Positions 51,996 to 64,000 of a stretch of 64,000 nt of DNA are shown in pieces. The translations under genes and the position numbers were made by a program. The DNA comes from Marsupella aquatica (Eukaryota > Plantae > Marchantiophyta), in assembly GCA_973895155.1 (NCBI GenBank), contig OZ316891.1, positions 14,663,037 to 14,727,036 of the forward strand, in the 5' to 3' direction. Numbering within the stretch: the first letter of the stretch is position 1; every line of letters starts with the position of its first letter. The notes under the pieces were generated by a model. The model did not search any database, was not told the DNA's origin, and was given only the letters and a program-made list of their open reading frames with translations.

Positions 51996-54900
51996 GTAAG
52001 TTCTTCTGCACATGGTTCTTTCCTTATTGGCGGCAGATGGTATGATTTTTTTATGGGAATGAAGCTACCAGTGAATTTGGAGCAGTGGATCTCCGTCAAT
52101 CAACTGTTAGGTTTTGCGGATTTTACTCGAGCCGTGTAATCTTTCCGAGGCTGCCACTTGTACGGCATGGGTCGATTGGGAAATCTATCTTGCGTTTACC
52201 TGTTTTGGACTTTTCTTGGGAGTATCTCTGAAACCTGATGGGATTGTTTCTGTAATGTGTACTCCTCATTGCGCTGCTCTAGGCTTTATGTACCCTGATA
52301 TTTAATTGAATTGAATTTATACTTTATGGTCATAGGTGCTTTGCTGATGAACCGGTTTTTCGAATTGCTGCGTTCGTAGAGACTTCATTTCTCTTACTAC
52401 TTTAGTTTTCTTGTCCTGTCCAGCATTAAGGTCATGGCCTGTCTCTACATTTCCTTGCATCTGAGACCCCTCTGTCAACCAACCAATGTTGGCATCATCA
52501 CAGTTGCTTGAGTGTTGAATTGCGATCAATTTACGTCGCGGGTCTCATCTTCTCGGACATGCCCTTTCGCTTTCTTCTTTATGTTTACATGAACAATTAG
52601 TTTGCAAAAAGAATTGAGCAGGTAACATATCCCTGTACAATCAGAAATACATTTAATCATGAGGAATGGCGGCTTTGAAGTTGTAGTAGGAAATCTATTT
52701 GCTACTTTTCCATTTTACTAGTTGCCAAATTATTCTAATGTATCGAGGTGGTTTATGTTGTCTTTCATCTGTCTTTCTTTTCCAGCATGCATTCATACAT
52801 TTTGCTATATTTGCCTTTTTAATTGATCCTTGTTCCATATGTTCTATGCACAGGTTGAGCACTTTTCAGATTTATCGTTCATCTAATGGTGATTGACTGC
52901 TGCAATCAGTTTGGATCATGATTTCTAGTTGTTGATCATTTGTCTGTTGCCGGATCTGGCCTGTTATCCACTCCAGAGTTATGCTGCTGTTGCTGGTATC
53001 TAGAAGATCGGTCATCTGGCGTGCACTCTTAGCACTGGATGTTGTTATTATCCCAATCTGGTTCACCATCATTCAGCAAGCTTGGAGATTGGCTTTCCAA
53101 AGAGGCTTGTTTTCCTGTGCATACAAGTATTGGACAAGTGAATCACGGTAGCCTCCATGCGTGAGTGGCCTTTTTGTGGCTGGATCGGAACGTTTTTGCT
53201 TCTTGTTAGCGGCTTCACGTACAAGTTGTACCATGGGAAGTAGTAATGGTTAGCAACTCGAGAAATTTGCTTCTGTGTACTCTCTGATTTCGTTGCGGGA
53301 ATATCAGAAGCCTGCATCTTGTCTGTGAAATTGGACTGGGCTTTTATTTTCTACAAGCACTCTTGGGATATTTGCAGGGATGCTGCCTGAAAATCACAGA
53401 ATGTCTTGTACTGTCATGATAGTGTTAGAGCTTTGACGTAGTTATCAAAATGGTGGCAAATTTTGGGTGCCAAAGATACGAGGATTGATAACTTTTCACC
53501 TGTAATGTGACCCATTGTTTTGTCATTTTACATTGACTTCGCAAGAAGTAACGATACAGGTCTGGAATCTGTTCTTTTGTTTCTCTTCTGGACCTTATTG
53601 TGGTTGTGTTGAATTCTAGCAACTAAGTTGTCATGTGACACTGGATTTAAGGTATGCCTTGCTAGGGACATCGAGAAAACTAAATCGGCATTGCTGTAAA
53701 TTTATGCACTTCCAGAAGCATAGTGCTCTATTTTTTCTTGTCAGAGAATAGTTGGATGGGGATGAGGTTGTTTGAGGTGGGACTTGTTGTCACTTCAAAA
53801 CCTGCCACTTGGTTAAGAACGAAACGGCTTTATCGTATCGGTCATTTCTTCATGTTATATTTATACCAGACGTTTGTCCTCCTAGAAATATTTTCAGACT
53901 GTTTGGTAGACACTTTTGTGCATGGGCATCGTCGGTCAGTGGTATCACCCGATCCATACTGCAGTTATTCAAGACTTAATTCTCCTGCCATGACATGTCT
54001 TTGTGGTTTAGTTTGTGATGGATGTAATGCTTCGTGGCGGTTTTTGTGTCTGGCGAAAGTCGTCAATACCTTGTATTATTGTCTGCACGTCGTTGTAGAA
54101 TCTTCTTTTCTGAAGACTGAAAGTGTCGGGATGCTTGAGATTTCCTTTGATGATGGATTTGTCAAGCTGATTGCCACATTGATTTGAGTCCACGATTGTT
54201 GAGGGAGTAGTTGACTTCGACTGGAAAACATATCTCGGTGGGGAGATCTAAATTGACAGACATGGGGGAAAAAGGGATGTAGAAGTGACTACAACGCTGA
54301 CAACGGCAGATCGATTTGAAGAGGATCGAGAATTGAGATTGACAGGAAGAGTTTAACTCTCTGTAAGCACTGTGGTAGAGTCACACATTACTTCATGGTT
54401 ACTACATGCTTTTTCACGTGAGGGATAATTCTTTTCGATCGAAGTAGCCCTCCATTTCAGCGATGGAAGTTATGGTCTTGCACAGAATCATGGCAACCTC
54501 TTACACTAAATTTGTTCAGAAATTTGCTCAATTATGCTCAGACAGTACAGAACAAAACAAGAGAAAACATCTCAAATGCACTCACATAAGTGAAGGCATT
54601 TAACACCTTCGCCAGATGAAATCTCCAAAAATGGGAGAGGAACCAACTGTGTTCGCATATGGAAGCCTCACTTACAGCTGTTAAGTGTATGGTTCTTGAG
54701 TTTCTTCCAGCCGGTGCTACTAGCCAATGCTTTGGATGGATGAATGTCTGCAAAACATTTCAATCCACTTTTCAGTTTTGTTGATGTGATAGGTTTACTG
54801 GGCGCTTCATTAGTCTTAATGGTTGCCTAAGCTCATCTTACAATAGAGTAGTGTTCTGTCCAGTGTGAAGTATAGCGATCTGGTAATCGATCTCATTTTG

Positions 54901-57900
54901 ACATGCAAGATTTAGTATCGATCTGTCAACCGTTGAGAAATTATGAAAGACGTATCTCATTTCTAGGAGGGCTGTTGACATGAAACTGTACAATCTACCC
55001 CATTACTGTATTCAATATCAGCGTTCTCTCTTAGAAGTTTGCAAATTATGTCACCAGTGTGTTCTCCCGAGCTGCCTATGCTTGTTAAATGATCAGTATG
55101 AGGGGAAAATCTGGCACATCCAACTTATAGGAATGAAATGAGGTGGCTGTTAAAGAGCTAATTTTACTGAATTCATTATGATTGTGACTAGCTTCGCTGT
55201 TTGCTTTGAAATTGATTGGACGTGAACATATTGACGGTGCAACATGTGCTACTTACCGGGTATCTTAAACTTCTTTGGCTCCTAAGCTTCAAAATCGACC
55301 ATGCGTGAGGAAATCCAAAGGGACTGACCTCACTGTCTAGTTCGCTGAGCTGTCAAATTTCAGAGATTCTGCCTTCATCTTCGCTGTGTGTCTTGTTGTT
55401 CGATAACATCTAGTGCATTTTGGAGCTTTTGTATGCATCGTGAGTCCGATCCACCTCATACGATTCCTTAACTGATGTTTTTTGCTAATTTGGTTGATCC
55501 ATATAGCCGCTCAACTCCCATTCATGCACAGGTAATATGATGACGATCTGACAGTGCTTGCTGGAATAGAATTTGAGCAGTTGCTGAACATTGAAAAGCA
55601 TGAAATTGTACTTGTTTTGGGGTGTATGCAGTGTTTTGTATCAGTATTGTAACATGTCCAGAGACTGGGGAGCTCTTCTTGACAAAACCCTCTTTGCACC
55701 ACTACTAGTGGAACTGGTCACGAATTTAACCACGACATATACGTGGTTGTGTCCGCGCATGAACTAGAAATTGATTCTAAGTCTTATTAGCCAGGTCTCA
55801 TTGACTTCCTTAGATTATGGCTCATTTTGCTCTGTTGCAGTTGCAGTTGTAGATGTGATGTATTTTGTTTGCGAAGTTAGACCAGTTCTCTTGACAGAAC
55901 AGTCTTGTCTTTCCCCTTCGTGTGTTGTAGTTTATGTTCACATTCTTCATGGCGTTTATATGGTGATGGCAGACCTGCATTAGCCCCTCTTCCTATTAGT
56001 GAGCCAATTTGGACGGTGTATTTACTTTTTTTTTCCTCAGGAACACTGTCTGCAGGTTCGTCTTCGTTACCTGATTTAGTGAAAGTTTATGCAGACTTCC
56101 TGCCTTGTCCAAAAGAACTGATATGTGCATGGCTTCCTCTCCTACATCAGTAGAGCCATGCAAACACATAGGGTTACTGTCAATATGTCTTGTTAATAGA
56201 ATACCTACTGCCTGCAAGCAATGTATCGTCTAGTCTGAACTGATTGCCGGCAACCAAGCCAACGGTGGATTGAAGTACAGCATGGTCGTAAGAATCTAAG
56301 TCCATTACCTTTGTTGAAGTGTGCCCTGTGATGTTGCCCTAATTCTGTCTTGTGTATTTCCTACGCATGTTTCGTTTTTACCTGTGAAATGATTGTCTTA
56401 CTGTCTTGAATTTCCAGGTTGAATGTACCATGGATTGTGAGACTTTTATGCAGTTACGGAGTTCTCTCCTCCTCTGCTTCGTGAGGTTTGCTACCTTGAG
56501 TTGAAGTTCCGTTCCTTATCTCTCTAATTTATGGACTTACGACCAGTTGTTTCTATGAGGGTCTTTCATCAATGAGTTGTCGTCCTCCTCTTATCTCAAT
56601 GTCTAGAATGAGTGGACATTGTCTTCTTGGTTAATGGAAATGCATTGAGGTCTTAGCAGACTCCTGGTGGACTGTAGGACCTTATAGACGCTTTTCAAGC
56701 CCCTACATGACCTGTTGAATGAAGTGTCTATTAGATTATCTCTTATACGAACAATGGAATGTCTTTTTTGTATTCCTTGGACTGAATGGCGTAATAGAAA
56801 TAGTCTCTCTGGCTCAGGTCTCTCTACTAATTGTGAAACCGATGCAGAATTATTCTTGCATGAAAGGGCAGTGTAGGGTTTGGCGCGGCTCGTGCTGGAG
56901 GACAATGTTGCCCACTCAACCACATCATGTCTGCCTCTTGCAGTTCAGTGTGTCAGGGTAAGATGATGCTACCCCTGGCGAGACAATTGTTGAAGTAGTT
57001 TGTTTTTCGAAGGTGTATTTCTAATTTCATAGAACTGTATTTGAAATACTGTAAACTTGGAGGCGTGATCTGATGCCGCCTTTTTCGAGTACCTTACAGA
57101 CAACACGGTATTTGTTAAGATTTAATTTATTTTAAGTGAGAATTTACCAGTTATCGGGTCAATTTCGGGCCACGTTATTGGAGCATTATGAATATCTATA
57201 AACTTAAGTGCAATACAAGGGTAATTTCTCGCATCCTCTCGCTGTAATGAAAATAAAAACAGTTTTAATCCACCAATCTGCAAACTATGTTTTTTTAGTA
57301 CCTCATTGAATGGCAAAGAATGCTGATAAGCAGGACCCACAAGAACAGCGCAAGGCGAGCACAGAAACAGATTTCCTGAAAGCTTCGTGTAGGGAACTGT
57401 GACTTTTGTCAGTCTTTCAGCTTTTAGCCTTCATTTATATCTGATGTTCCAGAAGTATCCTGGTGACTGCAGATTGTTGTTGGTGGTGAAAATGACGTGA
57501 GATTCAGATTCGGCCCTTGCTAAACAACCCAATTGATGGTTTGCATAAAGAACACAGCTGGACAGGTAATAATTTTACTGGATGTGACTGACGTAGTTTT
57601 GAGAACCATGACGAGAACCATGACGTTTAGGGAAAGGAATGTGTACAATTATGATGTACCCGATGCATGGATTGTTATGTATATGCTTGATGTTCACGGT
57701 GAAAGCTTGGCATGTTTGCATCAGAGGACCCTATTGTACACGTCTTCTGAAGTGTCAGGTTGGAATCTATGGCAGGGGGTGGGCATCGATGGTTCTGTGG
57801 ACAGGTTGCTGAAGAACGTTCAAGTTACGACTAAATGATTGAAGGAGAATGCATAGTTAAGGCGAACCATGACGTACACTTTCCCGTTGAACTACCTTTG

Positions 57901-58841
57901 AATCGGTTCTTCTATTCAGCGCCTGTCTTTGATCGTACATAAATCCAGTGGAGAAGTTATAGTCCATCAAAAAAAGTTGGTCTCAAATATTTCATTTTTA
58001 ACTTGAACGTCATCTCCGTTCGTGTTGGGTTGAGAATATTGTTTAGAGGCTAAATCAATCTTGGGACAACCGGAGCCCGCCAGGTGGTGACTTCTGTGGT
58101 CGAACAGAGTCTATCATTGACTGTCACATAAGGAAGTTTTATGTTGGCCCCATTATGCCGGAGTTATGCATTGACACAGCGGATGACGTCTGGTCATGCC
58201 AGCCTGATGATAATTAATATTCTGTGGCACTAGTGTTCTTGAAAGGAAGAGTATTTCCAAGATCTAACTCTATCCCTATGTCACAATAATGCCAATGTCG
58301 AGGAGGGAAGATTATCATCCTGGGATACTCACAATTCTCTTCAGTCTCCACTGTAGCATCCAAATTTATTAATGGCAAATTGAAGAAAGGGTTTTGTGCA
58401 TGAGAGCGTCAGGAGTTACAGCCTGAGCCTTTATGAGAATTCTCCCCGCACCAAATAGTCTATCCCCAGGGCTAGCCCAACCTTGGGCCCCTCACCTGCA
58501 GAGGGGAGGGGGGCGGAGGGGAGTGTTCCCAGGGGTGTGTGTATGCATGTCTTCTAACTCGTGGACCCTGCCAATGCACCTCTTACTTAAACCACCACTA
58601 TCCACAAGGTTCCGGGAGAACAAAATAGGGCACTTTTTTTCTTTTTCTGAGTACATTTTTGTTTTATTTTAATAACTTGGATCCACCAGTTTTTGCTTCG
58701 GGGACAGTGGTGCCTTAAGCTCTGCTCAAGCTTTCAGTCTATGTCACCACATGCCACTGTCACACTCCTCCCCACTCCTCGCGAAGGAGTTGAGTGAATG
58801 TAATCTTTGTGGGTTGCATAAGCGGAAATCCGTGAACTTTG

Positions 58842-58964
58842 TACTAGCAGGAAGTAGCACTTGCATGCGTTCTTGTTAGTCATATGTACAATATAAGTAT
58901 GTGAAGTTTATACTAGCAGGAAGTAGCAGATGCATGCTTTCTTCTTAACCATATGTACAATATA
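58842..58964. repeat. ~53-bp direct repeat
   Basis: TACTAGCAGGAAGTAGCA..TGCATGC.TTCTT.TTA..CATATGTACAATATA occurs twice. Confidence 0.75.
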
Positions 58965-58967
58965 GCC

Positions 58968-59050
58968 CCTTTTTTAATGGATCTGGCAAGGGTTGAACCC
59001 AAGACCTCTCCTTCCCACACCAGAGTCCTAACTAGTGGGTGAGGTGCATA
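58968..59050 (-). mobile_element. Possible tRNA-derived SINE remnant
   Basis: Minus strand has GAGGTCTTGGGTTCAACCCTTGCC (B-box-like) followed by an A-tract; a similar GGTCTTGGGTTCAA occurs on the minus strand at about 31760. Confidence 0.3.
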
Positions 59051-60768
59051 ACCAAGAATTTTTACTTTGTACCTTCGATTCCTATTAAGAGGTTCCATAG
59101 GAAGCTCTCTAAAAAATACATGTATGTGCAATAAATATTCCTTCATTGTTAGCATTATTTGCAAATATTACAATCATTTCCAGTGACCTATGTTAATAGT
59201 CATTCTTTCTATCAAAATGATTCAGTTTTTAATTAACTCAATAGGATATACTTCTGTAGATGTCCTTCAATTATGCTACAAAATAACAAATTATGTTCCA
59301 GGATGGGTCAGCTATATTTGCACAGACACTCTCACCTCAACTCGCACCAGCTGTTGTTTTGGCAGAAACTTGCCAATCAATCTTCCCTGAGGCCAATGTT
59401 GCTGACCTGGCCCTCCCTGAAGTTGAAGCAAGCATTGCTGGACATTATGTGGGTTCCATGGGTGCAAACTGTCAATGGAGCACGACTGTGCCCTGGCAAT
59501 GGATCCTTGAAGGGACCTTTTGTTTGGCTTTGATCTTTGGGCTGAATGGACTTACATATGCTTTCCCATTTTGCTGGTCTGCCCCCTGTTTTTTGGTAGA
59601 TTTTTCTGGTAGGCTTTTCTGACTTCTAATTGCCATGTGATGATCCCTTGTTCTCTTACTTGTGGCTTCTTTTGCCTTCTGATCCGTGGGGTTCACGCAG
59701 AATTAATGACATTCCAACAATAAAATTATTAAAAATGATACACACTGCAAAGTCAATATATACACTTGCATCATATCGCTCATAACATTCTTAAATTTGC
59801 ATCACAAAAATATTTCCTTCCAAAATTTCCTAGATGCACCTAGAGCCCTATCAGCATGATTTGTCACAAACAAGAACCATTGGTTATACAAGAAGAACCA
59901 AATTTGACTATTCGATTTGAGACAAGACAAAAAAAAACAATTAAACCATGTAATTGTAAAAAAATGAAAAAATGAAAAATAACATTTTAAATAAACAAAG
60001 AAAATGGTAAAATAGATGAATCAAAACTGTGAAGAGTGCTATCCGAGGAGATTTTGATGTTCTAAGTCAATCCATCCTAGCTTTGAAAATCCATGGGACT
60101 TGAAAGCAAGCACATGGCTCGGTCCATCCAGGGTTTACTTTTGCCATACGGGTCACAGCAATGAATAAATAATTATGAAAATATTTTGGGGTCGTCATGA
60201 AGCCTCGAAAAAAGTTTATCATATTAATTTTCTAATATTCTAATCATCCCTAATATAAACACTGACTTTCAGTGTACACCTAACCCTGAGTTATTTGTCC
60301 ATGCATAGATGTTTCCACCTAGTAACAGGCGGTACCCAAGTGAGGCCAGGGCAGCAGCTGTATGGGCAGTAGAGTGCATGAGTCTGACAGTGCCATAAAG
60401 GCACTGTGTCCCTGAATCATAAATTCAGTACCTAAGCTCTTTATCTCATTAAAAAATCCAGGAGAGTACCGTTCCAGTTTTAGGGTTTTGTTTCCTAAAA
60501 CATCAAACAAACAGACAGCATACAACTTTGTTTCTTTCCCGTGGGACAGAAGACCCTCATCAGTTCACCAGCGCTAGCCTTTCAGCTCCCTCTCGTTTTC
60601 CAAGGTGAACGTCGGAGGAGAGGCTCATTAAATGTATTGGTGCGATGCATGTGAAATGTACTTGGACTTCATCAGCTCCCGGGACCAGACTCCCAGTTCC
60701 AAGTGTTCTCGTCCTAGCGTGAGCAATCATACGTATCTTATCCTCCAGGGTTGATACTTGATACCAGC

Positions 60769-60876
60769 GTTTTTTAAGTGGCGAAAATTTGGCGAATTCC
60801 ACCTGACTGAAAAGTAACTATTCGCTGGTTTTTAAGTGGCCGGAATTTGGGGCAGATTCCACCTGACTGAAAAGTA
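60769..60876. repeat. ~47-bp direct repeat
   Basis: TTTTTAAGTGGC...AATTTGG...ATTCCACCTGACTGAAAAGTA occurs twice. Confidence 0.75.
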
Positions 60877-63800
60877 TTTGGCCCTTGACCTGGTTCGTGG
60901 GTTTCGCAGTTTTATTACTCCCTGATTTAATGGGTTTTATTTTCATTCAAGTAAAGTGATTCTTTCAAGAAAAAATAAAATAAAATATTTATCTATTTTT
61001 AAGTGATAAAAATGAGCCAAATTATTCCTCACGGGAAAGTAATTTATCTCTGTTGGCCAATATTTGCAATCTTTTGCTCTTCCATCAGTCACTTGCCCAC
61101 CTAGTTAAGACTTGGATAGCCACTAGGATATATATCACACTGCCAAAATGACAGGAACGCAAAACTTGGAGACATGGTTCCAAAGGCGAAAGAATCCAAT
61201 AAAGGGAAGGGGGGGGTCAGGGGTGGTAAAAAAAACCCCAAGAAGACCAAAGAGGCCCAACAAGTCAAGGAGTAACCCCAGAAAAACCAAAAGACTTAGA
61301 AGCAAACAAAAAAAACAAGAAAACCATATTGGGTGATAAACTGAAAAGCCTGGTAGAACTCAAGAGTAAATCGCATAGGAGGGTCACGGAGGGGAATCTG
61401 CCTAGAGGCCCTATGAAGAATAGTGAAAGCTTGGGCCCTCTGAAGTGCCACTTATACCCTCTGTCGAATGAAGATCGTGAGAACAGAAACAGGGGGAAAA
61501 GGCCTTCGCTCAATACAAAAACACAACACAAGCCTGAAAGAAGTGATCAAAACAGAGATGGAGAACACCAAAGACCTCAAGGGCAACTAGGAGGCCATCA
61601 TGTTCTGGCCTTACTAGTGGTTGCTTGCTGTAGAGATGTTTTTGCTTGTTGGGGACTCTTTGATGACTCACTATACTCTAAGACTACTATGTGGATGGGC
61701 TGGGAGACTTGGGCTGTGGTCTTTCCAGTGTGCCCAGGCCTATGCTTGTTGTTCCTTTCTAGGTTTCCTTGGCCGTTTTCAGCATCAGGGCTGCTTACAT
61801 GATTTAACTTGCCTACTTGCTACCCTTCCTATTACACAAAGAATAAAATTGAAATGAAGAAAAAAAACCTTGGATGGATATAATCTGCTGGTTATCTTTA
61901 AGTCTAGGAGAGCTGGTGGTCAGAAATTAATCTAGCAAAACGGATAAAACTGTTCTGACATTTTCTCATTCATACAGCGAAAGAAAAAAAAAAACGACCT
62001 CCTGGCTGCTATGCTGGTGCAATACATTGGCATGGGGGCGAGGGCGGGGCGAGAGTAACAGCGGAGAAATACAGGGCGCCTAATTATGATCACAGAGGCG
62101 TGTTTGTACCTGGAATGCTAAATCAATGCCCTTCTCTCCAGACTTGCTGTCGTCCATTAAGTGCATGTGATTGATTGATGGCAGGCAAATACATCACCGG
62201 TGGCGTTCCCAACAACGGGACTATAAAATACTGTATACCTATGATCGTACTCATACCACCTCACTGGACTCCTGTACCACTGTACCAGCAATTACGGGTT
62301 CTGCCCATCAGGAGATAAACTGATGTATAGTACTCCATACGTCCATCACAGCTCAGAAATCTCCAAGAATTGCGGAGAGGGCTGCAGTCACTGATTTATC
62401 TTTCTTATTTTCTCAAGCGAAGCGAAAGGGCGACTACCACTCCCCCCTTACGCCTTTCACGAGAACTGCTTTGTAATTATCGAAGACATATGTATCGTCG
62501 GATTCTCTTGATAATAAGGCGCAAACAAGGGGTCTCATATCTTGAATTTGATGGACATTAACTTAGTAGTTGAGATTAACTATTAAAAAAATTATAAACC
62601 ATTAAATTCATGATCCATAAAGTTTTGCCAAAAATATTTGGTATTATGCCATGACCATGAGTTATGACCATGAGTTATGACCATGAGTCGCTGTAGAGGC
62701 TAGTGTAATTGTTTTGTACATAACCTTGTAAAAACCTTTGGCCATTTTGTTTACGTTTGAAAGCAATATATCATCAGTAACTATGAAGCTTTGAGACAAC
62801 CTAATGATGCCTAAATCTGAGTTTAGCAAAGGGACCTGAGTTTTTGTATGATTCACCAGGCAGACCATTTCCCAGTTGAGATTTGGGTAGATTTTTGCCT
62901 TAAAAGAATGGCTGGCTGGAGTTTTGCATAGTGCAATGCCCATTTTGGAGAAGAAACAAATTGCAGCTCAGTGTAGAAGCATAAGGTTTATTGAAAACCA
63001 CTTGTAGCTAGGGTACGCATCATGGAATCAAACTATCAACATTGAGAAATGCCTGTCAACAAAGGAGATGGAAGAATGCGGTGTTTTGTTTAAAAGTGCA
63101 TGAATGTGTGAATATAAAATGTCTAAATTTGAAGTCTGGTGACCCTGAGAAAATGTGTGCAATTGCTACTTTGTGACATGAAATAGAAAATAAGTACATA
63201 ATTAACACCCCTAGAAAAGGAGGGAGATCTCATTTGGGCATGGGCTGAAAGTACTCAAGTACCATCTTACTCATCCTACAAGGATCCTCTGTCGATTGGA
63301 CAGCAAGATCTCAGAGTCCCATGCTATGTAGACAAGGCCAGCATAGTAGTTTTTGCAAGAGATTTTTTCATTAATGAATAGTAGGGCAGCTGATTGTTGA
63401 CAGGCAACAAATAGTTTTACTTAAATGTCCCCCAAACTAGTCTACTAACCTGCCCTTAAACCCAATCTAACCATCAGGTTGCCCCCATTTTTATATGTGG
63501 ATTGGTTTAACCAGACTCGCTCTTCAACAAGGTCATATAAATTGAATTGCAGGGTGGTGATGATAGATATGTACTGCTTACTTTGACCACTATTCAACCA
63601 AAATGTTGAAAACAGGAAATACAAATCCCTCTAACTATAGATCTTTATGTGGGCCTTGTGTCCCTGTTGAGCAACAATTGGGGCACCTTTCTTGCTCAAA
63701 GGTGCACCAAAGCCAGGCCTTGTTTGATGCATGCCTGCAACCCTTACCATGGTCTCATCTTCACATCCCTGGGTCTTAGGGTTGTGCAAGAATAAGGGCC

Positions 63801-64000
63801 GTCTTGTATGTGCAAGGTCCTTTGATTTCCGGCCCTCAAATGAACCCGTGGCATCTCTAAACAAAGTGACAAGCTGGCAGTCCTGATGGCTTGTTTGGAG
63901 GATATGCAAGGGCCGGAAAATTTCTGGCCCTTGAGGCCCTGGACTTTGAACTTTGAATAAAACAAAATGGCAGTAGATCCGACTGAATAAGCACTTCACA

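Noticed and set aside
60525-60570. Hammerhead-ribozyme-like CTGATGAG...GAAA on the minus strand
   Set aside because: Stem II does not close directly onto GAAA, and I found no stem I/III pairing with a cleavage triplet.
61100-64000. ORFs at 61329-61802 and 63631-63999, and a TATA-like site at 62221
   Set aside because: No recognisable protein similarity or consistent splice structure.

Overview
Eukaryotic nuclear DNA from a land plant, probably bryophyte-grade; this is inferred from gene content, GT-AG introns and long UTRs. Five protein-coding genes are supported. (1) An intron-rich tandem-AAA+ ATPase resembling the bacterial Afp15/Pvc15-type ATPase family (minus strand, runs off the left edge). 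(2) A conserved plant protein of unknown function with a C-terminal transmembrane helix (minus). (3) The signal peptidase catalytic subunit SEC11 (plus, 8 coding exons). (4) A small heavy-metal-associated (HMA) domain protein (plus, 3 exons). (5) A UBA2c-like two-RRM RNA-binding protein (plus) with an intronless CDS and apparent 3'-UTR introns. Features not evident from the ORF track include a two-exon sucrose synthase pseudogene fragment, a PIF/Harbinger transposase relic, tRNA-derived SINE-like copies and a dispersed hairpin. A structurally complete Bianca-type Ty1/copia element lies at 17391-24237, with identical 108-bp LTRs, an AATGA target-site duplication, a half-tRNA-Ile primer site and a disabled gag-pol. 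Family assignments rest on motif recognition from memory; no searches were run.
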